Shown here one piece after another: positions 1-12,560 of a stretch of DNA of 64,000 nt. A program made the translations under genes and the position numbers. Origin of the DNA: Malacoraja senta. Lineage: Eukaryota. Below the pieces are notes generated by a model that made no database searches, had not been told where the DNA came from, and worked only from the letters and a program-made list of their open reading frames with translations. The stretch covers positions 62,001 through 126,000 of the forward strand of contig JAXLNO010005687.1 in the NCBI GenBank assembly GCA_038087875.1. The letters run 5' to 3'. Every line of letters starts with the position of its first letter. The first letter of the stretch is position 1.

Positions 1-1095
1 GGCTTCTGGTAGGAAATAGACTGTAAAATGAATAGAATGATGATATTTAACCAAGAGAGCTGTGGGGAAAATAACCCGTTATAAAAATTGAGAAGAGGCA
101 AAGGCTAGATGACACCATTTTCAGGAAGGTACAGGAGCAAAGACATTGGGAGTTTGGGTTGTGTACAAGTTTTCTGGGAGAAATATGAGGAGGCTGTCAA
201 TACAAACTGATCTTTGATTTTATAAAATATGTTATAAATTGCATCAGTTACAAAAGATGTGCCAGAGCTTTATTCAAAATTGGTAGTATCTGAAAGAGTA
301 TTATTGCCAATTCTGGGTATGACATTTTAGGGAAGTTCAAGATGTTGGAAAATATTCAAATATCATTAATGGCAATGGGGGCCAATGTGATGAGAGGGAA
401 ACCAGAGAAACTGGGATTACTTTATTTTACTAAGAAGAAAGTTTGCATGAGATTTAACAGGTGTTCAAAATCCAGATGATTTGTAGAGCAAGTAAGGAAA
501 ATCTGTTGCTTACTGCAGGAGGATTAAAATCACATGGTACTGATACAAGCAAAACAAATCAATGTAATATAGGGGATAATTACATTTAGGGAAGAGCTGT
601 GAAGGTCTGGAATATACTGTCGGAATGGTGATAACGGATTCTCTAATTTTATCAAACATATGTTTTCATTCTGAGACGTGTAGTTATGAAAGTTTAATAC
701 AAAATATTGGCATTCACAATGAAAAGCTGGTCCATTTCCTTGGAGAATACCATTTAACATGTATTCACTATAAATGGATGTACATGCTTTATCTTTCTCT
801 TAGTTTGGTGATATGGGTTGGTAATCCTATTACTTTTGTGACAAAATCTCTGGGGCCATCCACATGCAGACACTTCCATAATCATCTCAAGATGTTGAAC
901 TTGATCAGACAGATGTTGAAAATTTACAAAATAAGGTCATAGAGATATAGCGTGAAACAAGCTCTTTAGTTCTACTCATTCATGCCGACCAAGTTGTCTA
1001 TTTGATCTGGTCCTATTTGGCTGGGTTTGGTCCATATACCTCTAAATCTTTCCTATCTGTGTGCCTGTCTAAATGTCCCACCTATCAAGCTTCAC

Positions 1096-1460
1096 AATAG
1101 AAATAGATGCAGGAGCAGGCCATTTGACCCTTTGAACCAGCACCGCCATTCAATGTGATCATGGCTGATCATCCCCAATCAGTAACCCGTTCCTGCCTTC
1201 TCCCCATATCCCCTGACTCTGCTATTTTTAAGAGCCCTATCTAGCTCTCTCTTGAAAGCATCCAGAGAACCGGCTTCCGCCGCCCTCTGAGGCAGAGAAT
1301 TCCACAGACTCACCACGCTCTGTGAGAAAAAGTGTTTCCTCGTCTCCGTTCTAAATGGCTTCCTCCTTATTCTTAAACTGTGGCCCCTGGTTCTGGACTC
1401 CCCCAACATCGGGAACATGTTTCCTGCCTCTAGCGTGCCCAAGCCCTTAACAATCTTATA
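1096..1460 (-). mobile_element. CR1 (HER1-like) LINE 3' end fragment
   Basis: ORF 1179-1442 matches the CR1 ORF2 C-terminus (LGESRTRGHSLRIR...FFSQSVVSLWNSLP...FKRELD). It is followed by the CR1 3' tail that recurs many times in the window. Confidence 0.8.
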
Positions 1461-1461
1461 T

Positions 1462-2110
1462 TTCTTTTTAAATTTTTATTGGAAGTATTGTACAGTGCAG
1501 TGATCTCAAACAAACATAAAATTATACATTTCTTGTACCACTTCTTATTTTAAACTTTAAAAAGGATAGAAAGAGTTAGCAGAGATAGTAAGTGAGTGAG
1601 TGAAAGAGTGGTCCAGGGAAACCCATAGGGACCTAAACCACAAGAAACAGTTAAAAAAACAAAAGAAGGAACAAGAAAAAAAAGTAAAATAAGATAAGAC
1701 AATATAAAAGGGATGTACCTAATTCATATCTTTACTCACCCCTCACCAGGTCCTGAAACCATTTATTATCAACATTTTGTTGCACCCTATATTTGTAATA
1801 AGTCGATAAATGGAGACCAAATCTTTAGGAAATGGCCTGGTATTGAAAGATCAAAAAGAATAATGCACCAGCCGGGACTGTTGTCCTCATGTATCGGATT
1901 TGTCTTACACAAGTGGCAATTCCCAAATGGTACTGCAAATAGCACAGGGCATGTTCACAGTGACTGTTCACACTAACACTTCCTTGATCTGCAAGTGTGT
2001 TAATGTCAAGCAGTCCACATCAGGAAAAGAGATATGAGTTGGCATGATGGCTAACTTCATGTATTAAAATACCAAATCTTCTTCAACCCCATGAAATATG
2101 AAAATATTAT
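1462..2110 (-). mobile_element. Decayed L1-clade LINE 3' end
   Basis: The T-rich run at 1462-1478 is a minus-strand poly(A). The minus strand encodes KIWSPFIDLL*, like the C-termini of the L1 copies at 25055 and 28877. The 5' boundary is approximate. Confidence 0.55.
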
Positions 2111-2754
2111 ATATCGTGACTAAATTCCTTGCTTTTGTTGTTGTTTATTTTTGCTGGTAAGATGAGCAGATTGCACATATTTAATTGGCAACCAACCACC
2201 AACTTCCAAAATTATCTGTTATTTATTTCTGATCCAGGGATCTTTGTTTAAGAGTGAAATTGGAACTAATGACCATGTTTTTGACAGTAGAAATAATGAT
2301 GAGCCTGTCATCTTGAGAGTGCCTCCCATTTTAATTTATCTGCCCTCACTTTTATTTTCAAACTTAATGGTAAATAATTCATGCTCAGTGAAATGCCCCC
2401 CTGGGTTTTTTTTGTGGAGATTGTTTTAGTTTCTTCCTGGTGTGGTGTTGGAGTTTGAGGTTTGATATTTGGCTATGTAAAAGAATAGCATTTTTTTTCC
2501 ATCTTCCTCACCTGACTATCACAGTGACTTCCAATAGTTTTTGTGCCTGAGGGTCCAAGTGGGAAAGGGAGGTTCCGTGTTTCCATAAGTTAAGTATAAA
2601 ATGGAGGACTGAGAGAGTTATCTAATTTTCTGTGTGATCTCTACATAAGTAGGTTAGTTTGATCTTGTCCGGCAGAATTTCCAGTTTGTGAAGGGCTGCT
2701 GCTGTTTGAGTCTTTATTATTATTTCTAAGGTCCTCCAGAAAATTCACTATGTG

Positions 2755-2965
2755 TAGGAAGGAACTACAGATGCTGGTTTAAACCGAAGATAGACACAAA
2801 AAGTTGGAGTAACTCAGCAGTTCAGACAGCATCTCGGGAGAAAAGGAATAGATGATGTTTTGGGTCAAGACTGAAGAAGGGTCTCAACCCGAAACGCCAC
2901 ATTTTCCTTTACTCCAGAGATGCTGTCTGACCCGCTGAGTTACTCCAGCTTTTTGTGTGTATCTC
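2755..2965. repeat. Head-to-head inverted pair of Penelope-derived short repeats (palindrome)
   Basis: The left arm (gatagacacaaaaagttggagtaactcagc...agcatctc) is the reverse complement of the right arm (gagatgctgtctgacccgctgagttactccagctttttgtgt). The centre is near 2870. Confidence 0.7.
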
Positions 2966-4594
2966 CAGAAAATTCACTAATTTGGGATTTAATGCTGCAC
3001 TATAAAGAGGTACTGTGTGGTAGCTCTTCCATAAGTTATTATAGTCTTTAAAAATGTGTTTTTTTTACAACAAACACTGATTATAATTGGACCAGTTTCT
3101 CTGTTTTATCACATGCATCATCGCAGATTGTTCATGACAACATCTTCCTCCTATCCATTCAACTTTATTGTCTTATGTACAAGTATGGATACAATAGAAA
3201 TCTTGCTTGCATTCATTCTTCATATTTTTAGTGAAATGAAGACATTGTTACAGTATTCACAATTTCTGCCAGTTGTTGGTGAACCAGTGAGTCAGATGGA
3301 GTTTGAAATTGGCAACATATTGTTTACATTAAAATATTAAATTGAGCACAATATCAACTCCTTCATTCATTATTGTATAAGGTATTAGCATGAACCCGCC
3401 ATTCTATCATAAGTGCCTGACTGCCATTCACTCAGATCATGGCTGATCTTTTACCTCAGCCATTTTTCTGCAACAACCCCACACCCCTTGATTTGTTAAC
3501 ATCCAAAAAATGTCTTGATGTATTTTTCTGGATTGCATTCTGTGTTGAATCATTCACAAGCCTTTTAGACAGAGATTTCTAAAAATTCACCGTCCTCTGA
3601 AGACATTTCTTCTCAATCCTGAATGGACAATTTCATTTTAGAATGACCTCGAGCTATGGAAATATATCTCCGCATTTACCTTATCAATCCACGTGAAAAT
3701 GTTGTACATTTACTTCTCATTCTTCTGAGCCCTCGTGGGCATAGGACCAGTATGCTTTATTTCATCTTGCAGAGCAACCCTCCCATGCCAGTAATTAATA
3801 TGATCAGTCCTCATTGCATTTCAAACATACCCTTCCTTAAATGGAGAGACCAGGCCTGTACACCAATATTCTAAGTGTGTTCTCAGCAGGACCGTGTCTA
3901 ACTTGAGGCAGACTTCTCAACTACAGTACTTGAATCCTCTTGGAGACACAAGAAACTGCAGGTTGTCATCTTGAGTAAAACACAAAGTGCTGGAGGAACT
4001 CAACGGGTCAGACAACATCTGTGGAGGAAATGGACAGGTGTTGTTTTGGGTCTGGCCCCTTATTCAGACGGACTCAAATTCACTTGCCTTCCTTAAATGC
4101 GTGTGTGTACCTGTATAGGAGGCGGTGACCATAATTTGATAAAAATTCAACCTGGAATTTGATAGGGAGAAGATGACATTGGATGTGTCGGTTTTACAGC
4201 TGAGCAAAGGTGACTACAGAGGCATGAAGGAGGAGCTGGCTAAAGTTGATTGGAAAGGGACCCTAGGAAGAACAACGGTGGAAGAGTAATGGCAGGAATT
4301 TCTGGGAATAATTCAAAAGTCACAGTATTTGTTCATTCCAAAGAGGAAGAAAGATTCTAAAGGGAGAATGAGGTGCATGTGACTGACAAGAGAAGTCAAA
4401 TACAGCATAAATGAAAAGGCATATAACATTACAAAGATTACTGGGAAGCCAGAGGATTGGGAAGCCTTTATTCCTCTCTTGTGCACCAGTTATGCTAATT
4501 TGGAGTACTTTATTATCTGTGAAATGCTTTAAAATGTCCTTAGACAGTGGAAGGTAGTTATACAATATGAATTCATTCTTTCTTAAAATTTGGA

Positions 4595-4888
4595 ATCTAG
4601 AGGTACAGTGCGGAAAATGGCCCTTTGGCCCACCACGCCATTGCTGACCAACGATCACCCTGCACACTAACCTACACACCTACATACACCAGAGCCAATT
4701 TTACAACTTACCAAAGCCAATTAACTTACAAACCCACATGTCCTCGGAGTGCAGGGAGAAACTGGAGCACCCAGAGAAAACCCACGCGGTCACAGGGAGA
4801 ACGTACAAACTCCGTACAGATTGCGCCCATAGTCAGGATTGAATCCAGGTCTCTGGCACTGCAAGGCAGCAACTCTGCTGCTGTGCCA
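4595..4888 (-). mobile_element. HE1-type tRNA-derived V-SINE
   Basis: Reverse-complement A/B-box head, V-SINE core (ggagtttgtacgttctccc...gggttttctc) and CR1-like tail. Confidence 0.75.
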
Positions 4889-6504
4889 CTATGTTGCCCT
4901 GTTCTTACAAGTTCACTGATTTAATTGGAGAACATTGCAAAACAGCCCACCACTTGGAGCAGGAAATACAAGAACAACTTCTGGATTTCCACACTAAATT
5001 ATACAGGTACACAGTTCAGGTGTTGCAGTCTGATTTTCTGGTATGTACTGGTGAGTATTGTAGCAATCGGCAAAGGTGCTGCATATAGGAGCAGCTTGGT
5101 GAACATCTGAAAGGGAAACATTGGTTAATATTCAGACTGTGACTCTTCCAAACAATGTACAACCTATGAGTCTGGGTCTGAAGAAGGGTCTCAACCCAAA
5201 ACGTCACCCATTCCTTCTATCCAGAGATGCTGCCTGAGTTACTCCAGTATTTTGTGTCTATCTCCGATGTAAACCGGCATCTGCAGTTCCTTCCTACATA
5301 AACTATGTATAATCTTTCCATGCAAAACAAGAAAATCTAAGTTATCCTAAAGTCTTTGCATGACTTTTGTTGTCTTTATAAAAAGTACTGGCTCTTAGCT
5401 TTAATGGCTGAAGGTAGCAAGTGTACAGATACATCTAGTTTTTCCTTTTGCATTCCATCTCCCATATATCCAGTTCCCTCAGCAGCAGCGTATGTAATCA
5501 GTGGCACACGCTGGTGAAATGCACAAAGCAATCAGGATCATTGGACCTCATCATTTGAAACAGGGAGAGCCAGAGACTTTGTAGCCCCAAACTAAAAAAC
5601 GAATTATTCAACACTGTGATCTCCTGCAGTTGTTTTCAATTCCAAAAGAGCCTGATAATAAATGCATTGGTAATCACCTCTGTCATGCAAGGAGTACAAA
5701 TGCATAGAAAAGGAATTAAAATGCTGGTATGTGTTACTTTTTCTGCTTTTTATTTTTGCATTAGAATAAATTTAAGTTGTATTCTTCCCCAATATATTTA
5801 ATATTGATTTGTAGTACAGTCATTAGTAACTGTGAATTTTCCCTATATCTTTCCTGAGCAAACTGAAACTAATCTTATTTTGCTCTACTTTTCACCAATT
5901 GTATTCAATTTTATGATTATTTATTAATTCAGTTTAGTCCAACAAACTATTGAAGTTACTTCTGTATAATGAACATTATATAAAAATAGAATCCCTGCCT
6001 TGGATGTTTCCTCTCTCTATCCAGTCATTTTGTCTTGAACTTTGTTTCTTCATTTTTCATTTTTGGATCTGGGTATTGCCAGCAATGTCAGTATCAATTC
6101 TTCACCCATAATTTACTTTGGGAAGATGGTGTAAACCACCTTCTTGAACCACTGATGAAGAACAGTGATGATCAACCTTCTGATGAAGAACAAGCTATAT
6201 ATTTTCAGATGAACATGGTACATTACTTGGAACAGAACCTTCAGGTAGTATTGTAGCCATGGACTTGCTCCCCTTGTCCATCTTGTTGGTAGAGATTACG
6301 GGTTTGGAAGATGTTTCCAGAGTAACCTGGGCAAGTAACTGGTGCATAGTTTCAGATGGTGCACACTGCAGCCACTGTGCTTGGAGGTGGAGGGAATGAA
6401 TGCATATTTACTGTGGATAATGCGATGGCAATGAGGTGGCTTGCTTTGTCTTTGTTGGTGTTGATCTACTTGAATTTTGTTACTGCCTCACTCCTCCAGG
6501 CAAG

Positions 6505-6625
6505 TGTAAAATATTCCATCCGTCATAGTGAGGCCACACGCAAATTGGAGGAACAGCACCTCATATTTCGCTTGGGCAGCTTACAAGCATGCGGTATGAA
6601 TATTGATTTCTCTCATTTCAAGAGA
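6505..6625 (+). mobile_element. Penelope-like element fragment (C-terminus of GIY-YIG endonuclease)
   Basis: Encodes EATRKLEEQHLIFRLGSLQACGMNIDFS. The same sequence recurs at ~36235-36325, ~11070-11140 (minus) and ~50470-50570. Confidence 0.7.
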
Positions 6626-6675
6626 GTCGTCTCTGACATACCAAATCTCCACAATCTTTTCAGGAAGTAGAGGCA

Positions 6676-6990
6676 TTAATGGGGTTTCTTTATAATCGCA
6701 TCAGTGTGCTGGGTCCAGGAAAGATCTTCAGAGATATGCACGCTCAGGAATTTGAAGCGTTTGACTCTCTCCACCATCATCCCATTTGTATAAGACAGTT
6801 TGTGGGTTCTCATCCTTCCTTTTCCAAAGACCACAATCAGTTCCTCGCTCTGACTGACATTGAGGGCAAGGTTGCTGTGCTGGCACCATATGGTCAGTCG
6901 GTCGATCTCCCTTCTATACTCTGACTCATCACCATCTGCAATTCGGGCAACAACAATGAACTTGAAGATGGAGTTTGCATCACATGATTG
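6676..6990 (-). mobile_element. Rex1/Babar-type LINE RT fragment
   Basis: DGDESEYRREIDRLTIWCQHSNLALNV...FKFLSVHISEDLSWTQHTDAIIKK matches the post-YADD region of Rex1/Babar RTs. Confidence 0.7.
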
Positions 6991-7795
6991 GGTGGTAGTG
7001 TAAGTGGCTTTTCTGTGAACAGGGTATGTCTGACCAGTTTTCCACATTTTCCATAGGGTAGTAATTTTCCAGCTCATTGAAAGAGACTTACTTGAAGCAC
7101 AGCTAGTTATGAAGCACAGCTATTTTATACCACAGTTGGTCAGACATGATTAAAAATCCACATATTCTTGCCTCAGTTCTCTTTGTGCAGCAAACTGTAA
7201 TTGATGATTGTTCTTGTGGATGCATAATTGAGGAATGACCACAGGAGTAGGTCCTTTGCTGCAATCATCCCTGTGCTCCTCGTGATCTCTTGCCAACATA
7301 GCTTATCAAGATCATCTTGTTTGTCTAGATTCTCTTTTAATGCAATGTATTAATCATCTCAGCAGTCCCATGTTGTATCAAATGTCATATTCTCTGGTTA
7401 ACATTTATATATCATTTTAAGCTATATCAGATAGCTAATATGTTTCAACAAAACGTTAAGAGGGAAAAGTTTTAAAAAAAAAGAAACTTTTAATTAAGCT
7501 GCTGGAAATAACTCTATATCTCTAAGTTCACTGTACCCCTTTTCATCTCTATTTGATGTTGAGCTTTTTCTCAAAAACAATAGGTTGCTCTGTTGTAAAA
7601 TCCAGGCTCTCCTGATTTCCCTATTTTACTACCATTTAAATGGCCATACTATCATTTTCCGGTGCACTCAGTTATGCCCATTATTTCCCAGTTTTTAAAT
7701 GTAGTGCTATCCAAGAAGTAATGATAGCTGCATTTATTATGGCAAATTAGTAGCATAGTTGTCATAAAGAATAAGGGTAAATAACTACTGTCTTA

Positions 7796-8125
7796 AAGCC
7801 CTGTCCCATGGTACGAGTTCATTCCAAGAGCTCTCCCGAGTTTGCCCAGATTCGAACTCGGAGATTTACAGTAATGGCCACTCGTCGGTGCTCGGGGCTC
7901 TCGTGGACATTTTTCAACATGTTGAAAAATCTTAACGAGTCTTCCCATGCTTACCTGCCGTTAGCGAGTCTTCCCGAGTACCTGCCGTAAGCGTTACGAG
8001 CCCCTAAGAGACGTCCCCGAGCTCCGACGTACCCGCTACGTTCATTCTCCGTGCTTACCACTAGTTTGATTTTTTTTAAACTCGGGAGAGCTTTTGGAAT
8101 GAACTCGTACCGTGGGACAGGGCTT
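7796..8125. mobile_element. MITE (PIF/Harbinger- or Kolobok-like), copy 1
   Basis: 47-bp TIRs with 2 mismatches (aagccctgtccca...). Flanked by TTA/TTA (7793-95, 8126-28). Non-coding interior; a second copy is at 61534-61849. Confidence 0.8.
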
Positions 8126-8819
8126 TTAGGGCATTGAATGCTTCACTTCTCCAGTTGGAGTGTCGCAGAGAATAAAAAATGAGACACTAAACAAATACTG
8201 CCCAATAATTTCCAAATGCTTTGACTGTGTATATTTTATACGGCTGGGTTTTCCCTTCCCTTCCCTTCCCTTCTGATGAGCAGTAATAGTATTAAACTGT
8301 TAGTCACAATATCTATGTAAGAGATCTGAATGGTGTCAAGTTGGGAAAAGGGGAAGTACAACGAGGTCTGGGGTCCTGGTTCATCAGTCACTGAAAGTAG
8401 CATGCAGGTACAGCAGGCAGTGAAGAAATCTAATGGCAAGTTGGCCATCATAACAAGAGGATTTGAGTATAAGAGCAAAGAGGTCCTTCTGCAGTTGTAC
8501 AGCGTCCTGGTGAGACCACACTTGGAGTTTTGGTCTCAGTTTTGAAGTGTGGGAGGAAACCAGAGACCCAGGAGAAAACCCACGTAGGTCATGGCGAGAA
8601 TGTACAAACTGCGTACAGACAGCACCCGTAGCCAGGATTGAACCGAGGTTTCTGACGCTGCTAAGCAGCAACTCTACCGCTGCGCCACCGTGCCATCAAT
8701 GCTCCCAAAGCTACAGGATGAAACTTGTGGAATAAATTCAAGTGCAACACCTGCTGTTACTTTAATTTCAGAAAATGCACTAAAGATATATACTTTTTTT
8801 TTGTCTATCTACTTATAGA

Positions 8820-10365
8820 AAAATAGAAACATAGAAAACAGGTGCAGGAGTAGGCCATTCGGCCCTTCGAGCCTGCACCGCCATTCAATATGGTCATGGC
8901 TGATCATCCAACTCAGTATTCTGTACCTGCTTTCTCTCCATACCCCCTGATCCCTTTAGCCACAAGGGCCACATCTAACTCCCTCTTGAATATAGCCAAT
9001 GAACTGGCCTCAACTACCTTCTGTGGCAGAGAATTCCAGAGATTCACCACTCTCTGTGTGAAAAATGATTTCCTCATCTCCGTCCTAAAAGATTTCTCCC
9101 TTATCCTTTAACTGTGACCCCTTGTTCTGGACTTCCCCAACATCGGGAACAATCTTCCTGAATCTAGCCTGTCCAACCCCTTAAGAATTTTGTACGTTTC
9201 TATAAGATCCCCCCTCAATCTTCTAAATTCTAGCGAGTACAAACCGAGTCTATCCAGTCTTTCTTCATATGAAAGTCCTGACATCCCAGGAATCAGGCTG
9301 GTGAACCATCTCTGTACTCCCTCTATGGCAAGAATGTCTTTCCTCAGATTAGGAGACCAAAACTGTACGCAATACTCCAGGTGTGGTCTCACCAAGACCC
9401 TGCACAACTGCAGTAGAACCTCCCTGCTCCTATACTCAATTCCTTTTGCTATGAATGCTAACATACCATTCGCCTTCTTCACTGCCTGCTGCACCTGCAT
9501 GCCTACTTTTAATGACTGGTGTACCATGACACCCAGGTCTCATTGCACTCCCCTTTTCCTAATCGGCCACCATTCAGATAATAGTCGACTTTCCTGTTTT
9601 TGCCACCAAAGTGGATAACCTCACATCCACATTATACTGCATCTGCCATGCATTTGCCCACTCACCCAGCCTATCCAAGTCACCTTGCAGCCTCCGAGCA
9701 TCCTCCTCACAGCTAACACTGCCCCCCAGCTTCGTGTCATCTGCAAACTTGGAGATGTTGCATTCAATTCCCTCGTCCAAATCATTAATATATATCGTAA
9801 ATAGCTGGGGTCCCAGCACTGAGCCTTGCGGTACCCCACTAGTCACTGCCTGCCATTGTGAAAAGGACCCGTTTACTCCTACTCTTTGCTTCCTGTCTGC
9901 CAGCCAGTTCTCTATCCACATCGATACTGAACCCCCAATGCCGTGTGCTTTAAGTTTGTATACTAATCTCTTATATGGGACCTTGTCGAAAGCCTTCTGA
10001 AAGTCCAGATATAACACATCCACTGGTTCTCCCTTATCCACTCTACTAGTTACATCCTCGAAAAATTCTATAAGATTCGTCAGACATGATTTACCTTTCA
10101 TAAATCCATGCTGACTTTGTCCAATGATTTCACCACTTTCCAAATGTGCTGCTATCCCATCTTTAATAACTGATTCTAGCAGTTTCCCCACTACCGACGT
10201 TAGACTAACTGGTCTGCAATTCACCGTTTTCTCTCTCCCTCCCTTTTTAAAAAGTGGGGTTACATTAGCTACCCTCCAATCCTCAGGAACTACTCCACAA
10301 TCTAAAGTTTTGAAAAATTATCACAAATGCATCCACTATTTCTGGGGCTACTTCCTTAAGTACAT
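8820..10365 (-). mobile_element. 5'-truncated CR1 LINE (RT domain and 3' tail), frameshifted
   Basis: ORFs 9574-10224 ([42 protein letters not shown]) and 9108-9527, plus the (catagaaa)n tail at ~8820. Confidence 0.92.
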
Positions 10366-10809
10366 TGAGCCAAATGTACATTGTACATTATATTGTACAT
10401 TGAGCCAAATCACTCTATTTCCTTTTATTAAACAGATTGACAATCTGCAGAAGGGATTAATCCATGTGGCTCTAGCTGCTTGTCTTAGGCTTATTAGAAA
10501 TACTGGACAGGAGTATGAATGCAGTTTCGTAGGACAGTTTAATTTTAGCCCTAGCCCTTAACCTGCATTGCTTGATGAAAATATTTCAAATCTTGTCTCA
10601 CAACGTAATTCTACAAATCCTGAGTTTTTTTTATTAGTTCAGGTTTGCAGTGGACAGCTTTCCATGCGTGGTTTTGTAACCTGCTCACTTGGTGTCATTT
10701 GAAACCCATTCCTGATTAATTCAGAACTATCATGCCTCCTTGAAGATGGACACAAAATGCTGGAGTAACTCAGCAGGACAGGTAGCATCTCCGGACGGAA
10801 GGAATGGGT

Positions 10810-10837
10810 GACGTTTCGGGTCGAGACCCTTCTTCAG
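10810..10837 (-). ncRNA. Minimal type-I hammerhead-ribozyme-like motif within a Penelope-derived repeat (best-preserved core)
   Basis: The minus strand reads CTGAAGA-A-GGGT-CTCG-ACCC-GAAAC-GTC: a CUGANGA box, 4-bp stem II, GAAA box, ACGT palindrome and GUC triplet. Activity is untested. Confidence 0.6.
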
Positions 10838-11899
10838 ACTGATGTCAAGGGAGAGGGAGATACATAGATAAGGAAGAGTAAGGTGTGAAAACAGGACAAA
10901 GGGGATGTGGCTCAAGGAAAATGTAGAATAGATCATTGTTAACTGGGAGAAGTTAACAACAAAGCAAACAGAGATAAAATGTAGTCAGAGACAGTCAGAC
11001 TGGTCGGAGAACTGGGAAGGGGGAAGGATGGAAAGTGAGGGAAAGCAAGGGTTACTTGAAGTTAGAGAAGTTCATGTTTATACCGCTGGGGTGTAAGCTG
11101 CCCAAGCGAAATATGAGGTGCTGTTCCTCCAATTTGCGCTGGGACCTCAGTTGTCCTCAAGATGATGTACTCCCAAACTGTTGATGTGTCATTACGCCCA
11201 GGATTTTGACTCGTCAGAAATGGTGATATATTTACAAGTTTGCTTGCAAGGGTGACTTAGACCTTTGTCTTGTCCCTCAGATTTCTGTTCCAATGAAGTT
11301 CAACTTGAGAAAGTGAATAGACAGTGGTTCAGCAGTAGGGTTGCTGCCTTACAGCACCAGAGACTCGGGTTCAATCCTAACTATGGATGCTGTCTATACT
11401 GAGTTTGTTCGTTCATGCTGTGACCACAGGGATTTTCTCCCACATTCCAAAGATGTGCAGACTTGTTCATCAGTTCATGTCATTGGAGCAGAATCAGGCC
11501 ATTTGGCCCATCGAGTCTACTCCGCTATTCAATTATGGCTGATATATCTTTCCCTCTCAACCCCATTCTCCTGCCTTCTCCAATAACCCTTGACATCCTT
11601 ACTAGTGAAAAATCTGTCAATCTCCACCTTAAAATTACCTAATCTGTAGCAATGAATTCCACAGATTCTCCATCTTCTGACTAAATAAATTCCTCTTCAT
11701 CTCCTTTCTAGAGATACATTATTTTATTCTGAAGCTATGCCATCTGGCCCTAGACTCTCCCACTAATGGAAACATCCTCTCCGTATCCACTCACTTAAGG
11801 CCATTCAGTATTTGGTAAGTTTCAATTTATAGTAGATGCTGGAAATCTGTCCTGCTTTGCTGGTGTCCCATGGAGCTGATAGACCTAATTTGAATCTGC

Positions 11900-12560
11900 C
11901 CTCATTACAATGTACGGTACTTTAATGAGGTACATGTACTGAGGTACAGTGAAATTCATTTTTGTATACAGTTCAGTACAAGTATCACTATACATCAGAG
12001 AAGCATCTCAGATACATTACAAATGTTATGCAGTAGAACACAGAGACGGTATACAGAGTCGCCAGTTTGGCACCATTTTCAAGTCCCAGCCTTTGTAAGT
12101 GCAGGGATCTTGATCTGACCATGAAGGTCTGTTGTCCTGGCCAAGTGTAGCTGTTGATTTCCTCTGCCTCTGCTCCACTGCTGTTGACGGCGTCCGGTAC
12201 ACGTGCTCGACCTTTTCGAGCGGCGCCCTGCCCAGCCGTGCCCCAGGCTGCTGCAGGGCCTCCAGCGGCCCACTCCACCATTGAGACGGTGACTTCCTCC
12301 TCCTGCGGTCTGCTTACCGACCGTCCAGGTGGGTTCCTGTGGGTCCTTGATCCATGGCACAGGTCCTCCGTCATTGGTGGGCAAGACCCCGGTCCCCGGG
12401 GGATGGGCTGGGCCTACCGGGCAGGTCCCTGGTCTGTGGCGGGCAGGCTGGGCCGACCAGGGAGATCCCTGGTCTGCGGCGGGCGGGCGGGCTGGGCCTA
12501 CCAGGCAAGTCCCCGGTCCCCGGCCTACAGTGCGGGTCCCGGGATACATTTGCAGGTTTG
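11900..12560 (-). mobile_element. GC-rich non-coding interspersed element with an internal ~40-bp tandem repeat
   Basis: Abrupt GC/CpG-rich block with 3-4 copies of gggctgggcc(t/g)acc...ggtccc(c/t)ggtc at ~12385-12540. Class is unknown. Confidence 0.4.

Noticed and set aside
5630-5727. AG...GT-bounded open segment (ORF 5616-5801)
   Set aside because: No recognisable protein and no partner exons.
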